A stretch of DNA of 63,988 nucleotides, filler included, from a bacterium (GTDB lineage Bacteria > JBBIVP01), in NCBI GenBank assembly GCA_037439705.1. It is 3 parts of 3 records of this genome, joined end to end, with 100 filler letters (N's around TTAATTAATTAA, not from the genome) between each part and the next. Parts side by side here need not be neighbours in the genome. Positions count along the whole stretch, not along the records: positions 28,159 to 54,474 come from JBBIVP010000006.1; 2 more parts are not named here. One strand, 5' to 3'. A program made the translations under genes and the position numbers. Of the stretch, positions 28,495 through 37,871 are shown piece after piece (within the stretch, counting starts at the first letter, position 1; each line of letters starts with the position of its first letter). Below the pieces are notes generated by a model. It saw nothing but the letters and a program-made list of their open reading frames with translations, made no database searches and was not told the DNA's origin.

Positions 28495-29738
28495 AGAAGA
28501 ATTTGTCATTTTTCTTGAGCGTCATTATGGTAATTTTGTGCTTCAAGGGTTCTGCCCTTGCATTTAAATATGAAATAAATTCAAAAACAATATGGCTTCT
28601 TTTTGAGGAAGAGAGAACAGGGGTTTCTGCGAATCTCGCACCACTATACGAGTTTCTTTCAATAAGAACTTCTGACGCAGGAGTAAATGGTCTTGAGGTG
28701 AATCTCTCCCTCTGGGGAGAGGTTCAGACCCTGGATTGGTGGGAAGGGGAGAGGGGCGATAGTAAACTCATCTACGGGTATTTGAGGTATAGGAATCCAG
28801 AACTTGGCATAGATGCGAAGGGAGGAAGGATTTTTGTTGCCTCGGGAGCCTCGCCAATCCTCAAGCAATTTGACGGGGGATATTTTTCTTACAGGTTTAA
28901 AAAGGGAAGCATGGTTGAAATCTATGGAGGTTCCCAGTTTGATGAACTTGACGAAGAAAGAAAGGGAAACTGGCTAACAGGGACGAGGTTATCGCACAGA
29001 TGGGATGACAGGGGTGAGATAGGGATTTCCTATCTTTATGAGGCTGAAAGGGATGACATAAATTTTAACAGGATAGGAATTGACGGATGGTCATTTTTTG
29101 GAAAGTTTAACCTTAATGGCTACCTTTCATACGATATAACCTATAATGAGTTTGCGGATGGAGATATAAACCTGACATGGTTTACCAACAGGAAATTTTT
29201 TAAAGAGCTCAATCTGGAAGTAGGTTACAGAAGCACCTCTTCTTTTCTCGGTAATCAATCTGTCCTTTCCGTTTTCGCCTTTGGAAACTATTTTGACCCC
29301 GGGATAAAATTTACACTTGAAAAGGGTGGATTGCAAATCCTTCCGGGATATGAAGCAATGCTTTACCTTGACCCATCAAGACAGGCTCACAGGTTCTCTT
29401 TGAGGCTTTCTAAGTTTTTCAGGGACGGGGATTATGTTCCGATACTTGAGGTTTCCAGATTACAGATGAGCGATGATGTTGATTATACAGAATTCAGGGT
29501 TGGAATGCATGCAAAGGTGGTCAAAAAAATGAGTTCTGATTTTGAAATTCTGTGGGACCTGTTTGACAAAAAAATAAAAATTGGTGAGGAAAAAGCAGGC
29601 TACGCTTTTCAGGCTCTTTTGAGCCTCAACTATGAAATTCTCAACTGGATGAGGATAAATGCAGGAGTAAGCCTTTATGAGGGGATATCTTCGGACTGGA
29701 ACTGGAAAGGTTATGGAAAAATTGAAATACTTTTGTGA
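28491..29738 (+). CDS. Putative outer-membrane beta-barrel (porin of a porin-cytochrome pair)
   Basis: Signal peptide (ALA), alternating amphipathic beta-strands rich in aromatics and Gly; directly upstream of multiheme cytochrome. Confidence 0.7.
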   Translation: MKKNLSFFLSVIMVILCFKGSALAFKYEINSKTIWLLFEEERTGVSANLAPLYEFLSIRTSDAGVNGLEVNLSLWGEVQTLDWWEGERGDSKLIYGYLRYRNPELGIDAKGGRIFVASGASPILKQFDGGYFSYRFKKGSMVEIYGGSQFDELDEERKGNWLTGTRLSHRWDDRGEIGISYLYEAERDDINFNRIGIDGWSFFGKFNLNGYLSYDITYNEFADGDINLTWFTNRKFFKELNLEVGYRSTSSFLGNQSVLSVFAFGNYFDPGIKFTLEKGGLQILPGYEAMLYLDPSRQAHRFSLRLSKFFRDGDYVPILEVSRLQMSDDVDYTEFRVGMHAKVVKKMSSDFEILWDLFDKKIKIGEEKAGYAFQALLSLNYEILNWMRINAGVSLYEGISSDWNWKGYGKIEILL

Positions 29739-29747
29739 GGTGAAAAG

Positions 29748-30410
29748 ATGAAGGAATTATTTAAAGGTTTTATAATTTTAATTCTCTCAGGATTCCTTTT
29801 TTCATCCCATACCCTTACAGAAGAAACCGAACTTTTCAAAGAACATAAGGATAATATAAGAAAAGGAAATACATGCATTTCCTGTCACGATGTGGAGGAA
29901 ATAAAAGAACTCACCCACCTTTCAGCATGGATAACCTCTCACAAATCAGTAGCCATACGAAAAGAAGAATCCTGTTTAAAGTGCCACTCAACGGATTTCT
30001 GCGCGGATTGTCATTCAGTAAGACAGGGACTGAAGCCATCGGAAAAGAACTTCGGTGACCTTGAGCCATCATACCCGCACAGGGGCGAGTGGAAGACAAG
30101 GCATACCATAGAGGCAAAAGCAGACCCGTCAAGATGCTATAGATGTCATACAAGGAAATTCTGTTCTGATTGTCATCCTCGTGTTGAATCACCCCATCCC
30201 CAGGGATGGCTTTCAATCCACGGAGAGGAAGCGAGAAAGAACATAGCAAGCTGTTCCTCCTGTCATGAAGACGGAGCAAACACAGTATGCATAGGATGTC
30301 ACAGGGTAGGTGGTCCGGGAGGGAAACCACATCCAAAGGGATGGAGCGATGAACGTCCGGGGATAAAACGGACGAAGGATAGACCCTGCGTTTACTGCCA
30401 CAAACAATAA
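29748..30410 (+). CDS. Periplasmic octaheme c-type cytochrome
   Basis: 8 CXXCH: CISCH, CLKCH, CADCH, CYRCH, CSDCH, CSSCH, CIGCH, CVYCH; N-terminal signal; repeated H..(.)W...H...A. Confidence 0.93.
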   Translation: MKELFKGFIILILSGFLFSSHTLTEETELFKEHKDNIRKGNTCISCHDVEEIKELTHLSAWITSHKSVAIRKEESCLKCHSTDFCADCHSVRQGLKPSEKNFGDLEPSYPHRGEWKTRHTIEAKADPSRCYRCHTRKFCSDCHPRVESPHPQGWLSIHGEEARKNIASCSSCHEDGANTVCIGCHRVGGPGGKPHPKGWSDERPGIKRTKDRPCVYCHKQ

Positions 30411-31361
30411 ATGAAAATTGATTATTTAAGAATTTCTCTAACTGATAGATGCAATTTCAGATGTTTTTATTGTATGCCGTACGGTCCTGTTTTGTTGAGG
30501 GAAAGAAGTTCCATTCTCTCTTTTGAAGAGCTTTTAAGAGTTATAAGAGGGTTCTCAAGAATCGGGGTTAAGAAGGTCAGGTTTACAGGTGGTGAACCAT
30601 TGTTGAGAAGTAATTTTTCAACCCTTCTTATGGAAACCTCTAAAATAGATGGGGTAGAAAGTATAGGGATCACGACAAATGGCTATTATCTCAATGAATT
30701 TATTGATGATTTTTTATCAATCAAAAAGCCTTTATCAATTAACATAAGTCTTGACACATTAAATAGAAAGAGATTTGAAGATATAACAGGTCTGAATGCT
30801 TTTGAGAGGATTATGAAGAACCTGGAGGAGGGATTGAGAAAGGGTTTGAACATCAAGATAAATACGGTGGTCCTTAAGGGAATAAACGAGGATGAGATTC
30901 CACACATAATAGAGTGGGGGATAGAGGCTGGTGTAAGCGAGGTCAGATTTATTGAGCTTATGTCATTCAGACCGAGAGGAAAGATGGGAAATTTTTCGGA
31001 AACTTTAAAAGTTTGTGAACAAGAGATACTGAAAATCATAAAAGAAAAATTTATCCTTTTCCCCTTAGGGAGATATGGTAAGGCAGTGAAGTTTCTTGTA
31101 AATAAGAATAAGCCTGTTATTGGAATCATCTCATCTGATTCAGATGAAGGATGTTTAAATTGTTCAAAATTGAGAATCACACCGGAAGGGAAACTCCTTT
31201 TCTGCCTCAAAAGCTCCCTTTATGCGGATTTAAAAGGCATAATTGCCACATCCGATGATGAAAACCTTGTTGAAAAGTTGAGGGAGATAGTTGTTTACAA
31301 AAAATATGTACGGAGAGAAAAAGAAATCCCTTCTTATGGGATGCATCTGATAGGTGGATGA
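30411..31361 (+). CDS. moaA: GTP 3',8-cyclase
   Basis: YLRISLTDRCNFRCFYC, TGGEP, NISLDTL, C..C.KLRIT.EG.L..CL, C-terminal MHLIGG. Confidence 0.93.
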   Translation: MKIDYLRISLTDRCNFRCFYCMPYGPVLLRERSSILSFEELLRVIRGFSRIGVKKVRFTGGEPLLRSNFSTLLMETSKIDGVESIGITTNGYYLNEFIDDFLSIKKPLSINISLDTLNRKRFEDITGLNAFERIMKNLEEGLRKGLNIKINTVVLKGINEDEIPHIIEWGIEAGVSEVRFIELMSFRPRGKMGNFSETLKVCEQEILKIIKEKFILFPLGRYGKAVKFLVNKNKPVIGIISSDSDEGCLNCSKLRITPEGKLLFCLKSSLYADLKGIIATSDDENLVEKLREIVVYKKYVRREKEIPSYGMHLIGG

Positions 31362-31426
31362 TTGATTCAGGAAATCATTGCGAAATTACTTGATTATTTT
31401 TTGAGATTATAATAAATAAAATCATA

Positions 31427-32656
31427 ATGGCGAAAATTAAGGAATTCAAAGCGTACAGATACAATTCAGAAAAATTGAATCCATTAGATGTAATATGCCC
31501 CCCCTATGACATAATTGAAAGAGAGATGTATCTCAAAATAATAAATGGAAATCCCTATTCCTTTGCAAACCTTATAAGAAGCGAACACATACCCCCTCCT
31601 CATGGATGGTATGAAGAGATAAAAAATAAAATTTTTTTCTGGATAGAAGATGGGATCTTTATTGAAGAGGAAAAACCATCAATATATATCTACAGGCATA
31701 AAACAAATTTTCTGGATAAGGAAATAGAAAGAACAGGGATAATAGCAGTTCTTTATAACAGGGATTGGGATGGAAAGAGGATAATCCCACATGAAAAGAC
31801 CTACGAAATTTTTAAAAAAGATAGATTCCATTTAACAATAACAACAGGGTTTCAACTTGAACCAATATTCTGCATATTCCCAGATCAGGATGAAAGTGTA
31901 AAAAAACTGATAGAATCTGGAATTTCGTCAAAGCCCTTAATAGAAGGAAATGGAAGCGATGGAATAACCCACCAGCTCTGGAGAAACTGGGATACTGATT
32001 TCATTGAAAGCCTTAAAAATCTTCTCAGCAAAAAAGATTTAATGATAGCAGATGGTCACCATCGTTTTGAGGCATCAAGGATGGTGGGAGATTACTTCAA
32101 AAAAATGGGAGAAAATTCCGGCGAATTTGTTTTATCATTTATAGTTCCTTTCAGCGAGATTCCCATCGGGGTTTATCCGATTCACAGGGGGTTAAAAAGA
32201 AAAGAGGGACTGGATGAGGTTCTGATGGAAAACTTTGTTAATATAAAAATAAATGAAAAAGAGATAGAATCGTTTTTTGAAAACCACAAGAAAGAAAAGG
32301 GCAAATTTATACTCTTCAAAAAAGATGGAATTTATGCCTGCTACCTCAAAAGTGAAAAACTTTCTCAGATTCATCCACTTCTGAAAAATCTTGATGTGGC
32401 GGTTCTTCATCAATTTTTGATTGACATCCTCTTTCCCGAAGAAGATGAGAGGGGAAAAACTCTTACCTACACTCCAATTTCTGAAAAGGGATTAGAAATG
32501 CTCCGCAATGGAGAAATTGAAGCCTTTATCCTTCTACCGAATTTCTATGTGGGAGATGTGTTTGAGGCTGCGAGGGCAGAACTGAAACTACCTCACAAGT
32601 CCACATTTTTCTATCCGAAGGTCTCTTCGGGTATGGTTTTTTATAAACTAAGATAA
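31427..32656 (+). CDS. DUF1015 family protein
   Basis: PPYDII, PHEKT, IADGHHR, PIHR, PHKSTFFYPK. Confidence 0.88.
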   Translation: MAKIKEFKAYRYNSEKLNPLDVICPPYDIIEREMYLKIINGNPYSFANLIRSEHIPPPHGWYEEIKNKIFFWIEDGIFIEEEKPSIYIYRHKTNFLDKEIERTGIIAVLYNRDWDGKRIIPHEKTYEIFKKDRFHLTITTGFQLEPIFCIFPDQDESVKKLIESGISSKPLIEGNGSDGITHQLWRNWDTDFIESLKNLLSKKDLMIADGHHRFEASRMVGDYFKKMGENSGEFVLSFIVPFSEIPIGVYPIHRGLKRKEGLDEVLMENFVNIKINEKEIESFFENHKKEKGKFILFKKDGIYACYLKSEKLSQIHPLLKNLDVAVLHQFLIDILFPEEDERGKTLTYTPISEKGLEMLRNGEIEAFILLPNFYVGDVFEAARAELKLPHKSTFFYPKVSSGMVFYKLR

Positions 32657-32669
32657 GGAGGTAAAAAAG

Positions 32670-33074
32670 ATGGGGTTTTTAAACAGAGTGATGCTGATTG
32701 GAAATCTCGGAAGGGACCCTGAAATAAGGTACACAAAAGATGGGGTTTCTGTAGCGACATTTACAATTGCAACGAATGAATACTACAGGGATAAAACGGG
32801 TGAGAGAGTAGTTAAAACCGAATGGCACAAAATTGTGGTGTGGAGAAAACTTGCGGAATGGGCTGGTCAATACCTTTCAAAGGGAAAGCAGGTTTATGTT
32901 GAAGGAAAAATAAGGACAAGAGAATATGAAGATAAAGGGGGAATAAAAAGGAGGGTTACAGAAATAGTAGCATTGAGGATTCAACTTCTTGGTGTTCCTC
33001 CATCCACTGAAGCAGTGTCCGAGGAAACCGAAGAACCACCTCCTGAAGCAATAGAAGAGGATGTGCCCTTCTGA
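32670..33074 (+). CDS. ssb: Single-stranded DNA-binding protein
   Basis: NRVMLIGNLGRDPE, TEWH, KGKQVYVEG, C-terminal DVPF. Confidence 0.97.
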   Translation: MGFLNRVMLIGNLGRDPEIRYTKDGVSVATFTIATNEYYRDKTGERVVKTEWHKIVVWRKLAEWAGQYLSKGKQVYVEGKIRTREYEDKGGIKRRVTEIVALRIQLLGVPPSTEAVSEETEEPPPEAIEEDVPF

Positions 33075-33297
33075 GTTTTAAAAGTTACCTCGGGGGGCTT
33101 TTTGGGGTCGGTCTGGCCTTTTGACTTTTTTAAATCCAGCTCCTTTCAAAGCACTATCTATCACCAAAATAGAAGTTTTTCATTCAATTTTACCCCTTTT
33201 AACTCAAATTCCCCCTTTCCCCCTGCGAACAATGTCTATGTTCTTCTACAGCAGTAGGCTTGAAAGAAGTTTAAAATTGTGTAATAATTAAAAATAT

Positions 33298-33369
33298 GCG
33301 GGAGTAGCTCAGTGGTAGAGCACCGCCTTGCCATGGCGGGGGTCGCGGGTTCGAATCCCGTTTCCCGCC
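33298..33369 (+). tRNA. tRNA-Gly (GCC)
   Basis: Cloverleaf: GCGGGAG/TTCCCGC acceptor, CCGCC-TTGCCAT-GGCGG anticodon arm, GGTTCGAATCC T-loop; CCA not encoded. Confidence 0.96.
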
Positions 33370-33381
33370 CTTTTTATTTAA

Positions 33382-34341
33382 TTGTTTCCTGTAATAGACC
33401 TTCACATTGATACATTTATCTGGACAGAAAGGTTTGGATACAATATCAGAAAAAAGCACAGGCATTTATTTGGATTCACTCCGTTGTTCAATCATTTTGA
33501 TATACCGAGGGCTTTTGATGGCGGTTTGAAAATAGGTGGATTTGGAATAGTTGTTCCGCCGAACACAAAAAACAAAAAGAAAAGACTGCTCCGAACCTTA
33601 AATCACATTGAATCAATTTTGAAAGAAAATCCTGAATTCAAACTCATAAAATCCTCTTCAGACCTTAATGTTGAAGAGGGAAAAATCGGAATAATTCTTG
33701 GTCTTGAAGGTGCACATGCGATAGAGGATGACCTGTCAATGATTTCCATTTTAAAAGAAAAGGGAATAAGGTATTTCACCATCTCACATTTTACAAAGAC
33801 AGTTTACGCAAGTCCTTCTTTAAGAAAAAAGTTCGGGGATGAGGGACTTACAGAAAAGGGAATAGAACTGGTTAAAAAGCTCAATAAAGCAGGAATAATT
33901 ATAGACCTTGCTCATATCAGTTATAAGGGATTTTTTGATGTACTTGAACATTCTGAAACTCCACCTTTTGTTTCTCATACAGGAATAGGAGGCGTGAAGG
34001 ATATGTGGAGAAATTTATCTGATGACCAGCTAAAAGCAATAAAGGAAGCAGGGGGAATAGTGGGAATAATTTTTTATCCCTATTTTCTTTCCTCAATTTT
34101 TTCAAGGAGGATAGAGGATGTTGTTATGCACATAACCTACTGTGCTGAGAAATTCGGCACAGATTTTATAAGCATTGGCTCGGATTTTGATGGTTTTATA
34201 TTTTCCCTTCCGAAAGAACTTGAAGATGTTTCAAAGTATCAGAACCTTGCAAAAGCCCTTCTCAAAAAAGGCTTTGCGGAAGAAGATGTTAAAAAAATCT
34301 TCTATGAAAACGGCTTCAGATTTTTCAAAACTTACCTATAA
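33382..34341 (+). CDS. Membrane dipeptidase (peptidase M19) family
   Basis: DLHID, GLEG, GLT.KG, IDLAH, SHT, RNLSD, IGSDFDG. Confidence 0.9.
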   Translation: MFPVIDLHIDTFIWTERFGYNIRKKHRHLFGFTPLFNHFDIPRAFDGGLKIGGFGIVVPPNTKNKKKRLLRTLNHIESILKENPEFKLIKSSSDLNVEEGKIGIILGLEGAHAIEDDLSMISILKEKGIRYFTISHFTKTVYASPSLRKKFGDEGLTEKGIELVKKLNKAGIIIDLAHISYKGFFDVLEHSETPPFVSHTGIGGVKDMWRNLSDDQLKAIKEAGGIVGIIFYPYFLSSIFSRRIEDVVMHITYCAEKFGTDFISIGSDFDGFIFSLPKELEDVSKYQNLAKALLKKGFAEEDVKKIFYENGFRFFKTYL

Positions 34342-34380
34342 TTTCCTTGAAAGTTTTTCATCTTTCATATATTTTAAAAA

Positions 34381-35508
34381 GTGATGAAGAAACTGGGCGA
34401 GATTCTTGTTGAGCATGGAATTGTAACAAAAAAACAGCTTGAAGAGGCTGTGGAATCCCAGGTAATTTTTGGAGGAAAGATAGGAACAAACCTTGTGGAA
34501 CTCGGTTATCTTTCTGTAAATTCCCTTTCTGTATTTTTGAGCATCCAGTATGGAGTTCCCCTTCCACCCTATTCGGAGATAGAAAACATTCCACAGGATG
34601 TAATTTCCCTTATACCCAAGGAAATAGCGAAGAAATATCGCGTAATTCCTTTCAAAAAAGAACACAGAACACTTCATCTTATAATGGAGGAACCAGATAA
34701 TATAGATGCAATAGATGAAATAACATTTTTAACGGGTCTGAAAATAAAGCCATATATCCTTCCCGAAATCCTGATAAGGTATCTTCTTGAAAGGAATTAT
34801 GGGATAAAGAGGGAAACGAGATATATTCTCCTTACGAAAAGGGAAAGGGAGGAGTATTTGGGGAAGAGAGAAGAGGTTATAGAGAGGAGGGAAGAAGTTA
34901 TTGAGAAAAGGGAACAACCAACTGAAGAGCTTCTTTCACAGGAGGATTTTGAAAGACTGTACATGAAGAAAGAGGAAATGGAAGAAGAGGAAGAGTTTGA
35001 GGTTGAGATTGAGGAAGAGGAACTTTCACCCATTTCGCTTGAGGAAGCAAAAGTTCTTCTTGAAAGGGCTAAAACCAGGGAAGAGCTGGGTGAGACGGTT
35101 TTAAGGCTTGCGATGAAAAAATTTAAGAGAACCTGTCTTTTTGTGTTGATCAAGGAAAAACTCATTGGATGGGATGGGATTGGAGAAGGAGTGAACAGGG
35201 GGATGATAAGGAGATTTGTGAAAAATATAGATGAGATGGGAACATTCAAATTTGTTTTCCAGACAAAGAGCCATTATGTTGGAAAGTTATCAGGCATTCC
35301 CGAGGATTTTATAAGGATGCTCGGAGGAGAACCTGCAACTGCTTTTATAATTCCCGTTCTCGTAAAGGGCAAGGTGGTAAACATGTTTTATGGAGATGGA
35401 GGAAAGGGACTTCATTCTCCAACCGATGTGGCTGACCTTCTCATATTTTTTACCCGGCTCGCTCCAGCATACGAAAGAATGATAAGAGAGAGAAAAATAA
35501 AAATTTGA
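34381..35508 (+). CDS. MshEN/T2SSE-N domain protein without ATPase, with C-terminal GAF-like region
   Basis: KLGEILVEHGIVT..QLEEA...Q and KIG..LVELG tandem motif; IPKEIAKKYRVIP, MEEP; no Walker A. Confidence 0.78.
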   Translation: MMKKLGEILVEHGIVTKKQLEEAVESQVIFGGKIGTNLVELGYLSVNSLSVFLSIQYGVPLPPYSEIENIPQDVISLIPKEIAKKYRVIPFKKEHRTLHLIMEEPDNIDAIDEITFLTGLKIKPYILPEILIRYLLERNYGIKRETRYILLTKREREEYLGKREEVIERREEVIEKREQPTEELLSQEDFERLYMKKEEMEEEEEFEVEIEEEELSPISLEEAKVLLERAKTREELGETVLRLAMKKFKRTCLFVLIKEKLIGWDGIGEGVNRGMIRRFVKNIDEMGTFKFVFQTKSHYVGKLSGIPEDFIRMLGGEPATAFIIPVLVKGKVVNMFYGDGGKGLHSPTDVADLLIFFTRLAPAYERMIRERKIKI

Positions 35509-36656
35509 AGGTTCTTTATCTTGATCCATTTTCCGGTATAGCAGGAGATATGTTTCTCGCTTCCCTTTTTGATATGGGATTCTCTAACAGGAAGCTTGAA
35601 GAAGAGTTGAAGAAAGGAGGAATTAAAGGATTTGAGATAAAAAAAAGGAAGGTAGAAACCAAGGGATTGAGTGGAACGAGGGTGGAGATAAAAGGAGGGG
35701 AGAAAAGGGTTTTTGATACATATAAAGGGTTCAAGGAGATTTTAAAAAATTTGAGGTTCAAAAAAGAGATAAAGGAGAAGATAAAAAATGCCTTTGAAAT
35801 CCTTTTTTCCGCGGAATCCAGGATTCATGGTAAAAAACTTAATGCCATTCACTTTCAGGAACTCGGAAGCCTTGATACTCTTGTTGACATAGCAGGAGCC
35901 ATCCTTTCAAAGGAGATTTTTCAGATTGAGAAGGTTTATTCATCAGCGGTAAATATAGGGAGCGGGATTGTAAGTTTTTCACATGGTTCAATGCCCTCTC
36001 CTGCACCTTTAACCCTTGAGATTCTTAAGGGTTTTCCGGTTTTCAGAGAAGGAACAGGAGAACTTACCACTCCAACTGGTGCGTTAATTTTAAGAATACT
36101 GGATGCTGAGTTCCATCCAAACCTGAGATTTTCAGTTGAAAGAATAGGTTATGGAGTTGGAAGGTATGAAAAGAATCCTTTCCCTGATGTGTTGAGAGCA
36201 TTTATATGCGATGAGGTAAAGGAGGAAGAAATAATTGTGGTTGAGGCAAACATTGATGATATGCCTCCATTTATGTTTGAAGACCTTTTTGAAAAGGCAT
36301 TTTCCGCTGGTGCCCTTGAGGTTTATATTACTCCGGTGATAATGAAAAAATCGCGTCCCGGTTATCTCGTATCCATAATCTGTGAAAGGAAGAAACTTCC
36401 TGATATTTCTTCGGTTCTATTCAGGACAACCACAACCATAGGTCTCAGATATTATGGAGTTGGAAGGATTGAACTTTTAAGAAGGAAGGAGTTCATAAAA
36501 TTGGGTCAGGAAAAGGTAGAGGTCAAAAAGGCATTCTGGCTTGGAAAACTGCCAAATTTTTCATACGAGTATTCAAGCCTCAAGAAAATAGCAGAAAAAA
36601 GGGAAAAGACCATAAAAGAGGTTTTAAGGGATGTGGAAAAAGGTAAAATTGAATAA
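35505..36656 (+). CDS. larC: Nickel pincer cofactor biosynthesis protein LarC
   Basis: DPFSGIAGDMFL, AESRIHG...HF.ELG..D, PAP.T, ELTTPTGA, EANIDD, MKKSRPG, TTTIGLR. Confidence 0.92.
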   Translation: MKVLYLDPFSGIAGDMFLASLFDMGFSNRKLEEELKKGGIKGFEIKKRKVETKGLSGTRVEIKGGEKRVFDTYKGFKEILKNLRFKKEIKEKIKNAFEILFSAESRIHGKKLNAIHFQELGSLDTLVDIAGAILSKEIFQIEKVYSSAVNIGSGIVSFSHGSMPSPAPLTLEILKGFPVFREGTGELTTPTGALILRILDAEFHPNLRFSVERIGYGVGRYEKNPFPDVLRAFICDEVKEEEIIVVEANIDDMPPFMFEDLFEKAFSAGALEVYITPVIMKKSRPGYLVSIICERKKLPDISSVLFRTTTTIGLRYYGVGRIELLRRKEFIKLGQEKVEVKKAFWLGKLPNFSYEYSSLKKIAEKREKTIKEVLRDVEKGKIE

Positions 36657-37341
36657 GAGGAAAAGAAACTGGATAATTGCAATCGCTTCCATATTTCTTT
36701 TTCTATACATATTCAAACCAATTCAGATAATAATGCTGAATTTTTACAATCCGAAAATGACTTCAATGATGAAATACAGGATTGAAGAAGCAAAGAAAAA
36801 AGGGAAAACTCTAAAAATAAATCAGAGGTGGGTTCCGTTAAGCAAAATATCTCCGAACCTCGTAAGGGCTGTTATAATTTCAGAGGATGCAAACTTCTTC
36901 AAGCACAATGGATTTGATATTGAAGGGATAAAATATGCTATTAAGGTAAATCTGAAAAAGAGGAGGTTTGTGAGGGGTGGAAGCACCATTTCCCAGCAGG
37001 TTGCAAAAAACCTTTTTTTGAATCCCAAAAAGAGCATAATAAGAAAAATTTATGAGGCTTTTTTAACCGTTGAATTAGAATTATTTCTTTCCAAGAAGAG
37101 AATCCTTGAGATTTACCTTAACATAGTTGAATGGGGAAATGGAATATTTGGAGCGGAATCAGCATCGCTTTATTACTTTCACAAGCATTCCTCATCTTTG
37201 GATGAAGAGGAGGCATTGAGACTCACTGCAGTTCTTCCTAATCCGAGGAGATATTCGCCAATCAAAGATTCCTTTTTTCTGATGAACCGATTGAGAAAAC
37301 TGCGGGACAATTTCTACACCAATGGAATTATAAGAAGATGA
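36631..37341 (+). CDS. mtgA: Monofunctional biosynthetic peptidoglycan transglycosylase
   Basis: SEDANF..H.GFD, RGGSTISQQVAKNLFL, RK..E, KKRILEIYLN..EWG, LPNP. Confidence 0.93.
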   Translation: MWKKVKLNKRKRNWIIAIASIFLFLYIFKPIQIIMLNFYNPKMTSMMKYRIEEAKKKGKTLKINQRWVPLSKISPNLVRAVIISEDANFFKHNGFDIEGIKYAIKVNLKKRRFVRGGSTISQQVAKNLFLNPKKSIIRKIYEAFLTVELELFLSKKRILEIYLNIVEWGNGIFGAESASLYYFHKHSSSLDEEEALRLTAVLPNPRRYSPIKDSFFLMNRLRKLRDNFYTNGIIRR

Positions 37342-37352
37342 CCTGAAATAAG

Positions 37353-37391
37353 GAGGGTTCTGAAAAAGTGGGGCTAACTCTTCCTTTTTCA
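37353..37391 (+). repeat. Dispersed ~39-bp repeat, copy 2
   Basis: GAGGGTTCTGAAAAAGTGGGGCTAACTCTTCCTTTTTCA, near-identical to reverse complement of 4981-5018. Confidence 0.85.
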
Positions 37392-37448
37392 TAGACCAAA
37401 AATAACCTTTTCTTGACATTGAGCAGTTTTTAAATTATTTAAAATAAT

Positions 37449-37871
37449 ATGAAGGAAAGAACTCTTGCTATAATAAAGCCCGATGCAGTGGAAAGGAACC
37501 TCATAGGCGAAATAATTTCTCATTTTGAAAAAAATGGTTTGAGAGTGATAGGGATGAAGATGGTGAAACTCTTAAAGGAAGAGGCAGAAGGATTTTACTA
37601 CATTCACAGGGGAAAACCTTTCTTTGAAAGCCTTATAGATTACATGTCCTCCGGTGCCTGCGTTCCAATGGTAATTGAAGGAGAGGATGCAATAACCAGG
37701 GTGAGAAAAATAATGGGTGCCACAGACCCTCAAAAGGCTGAGGAGGGAACAATAAGGAGGAAATACGGCTTAAACATTGAAAGAAACAGCGTTCACGGTT
37801 CCGATTCAAAGGAAAGTGCAGAATTTGAAATAAAATATTTCTTCAATTCCCTTGAAATATGCAGGAAATAA
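37449..37871 (+). CDS. ndk: Nucleoside diphosphate kinase
   Basis: ERTLAIIKPDAV, GATDP, GTIR, NSVHGSDS. Confidence 0.98.
   Translation: MKERTLAIIKPDAVERNLIGEIISHFEKNGLRVIGMKMVKLLKEEAEGFYYIHRGKPFFESLIDYMSSGACVPMVIEGEDAITRVRKIMGATDPQKAEEGTIRRKYGLNIERNSVHGSDSKESAEFEIKYFFNSLEICRK

Noticed and set aside
33271-33465. 64-aa minus-strand ORF
   Set aside because: Antisense translation of tRNA-Gly and the dipeptidase start
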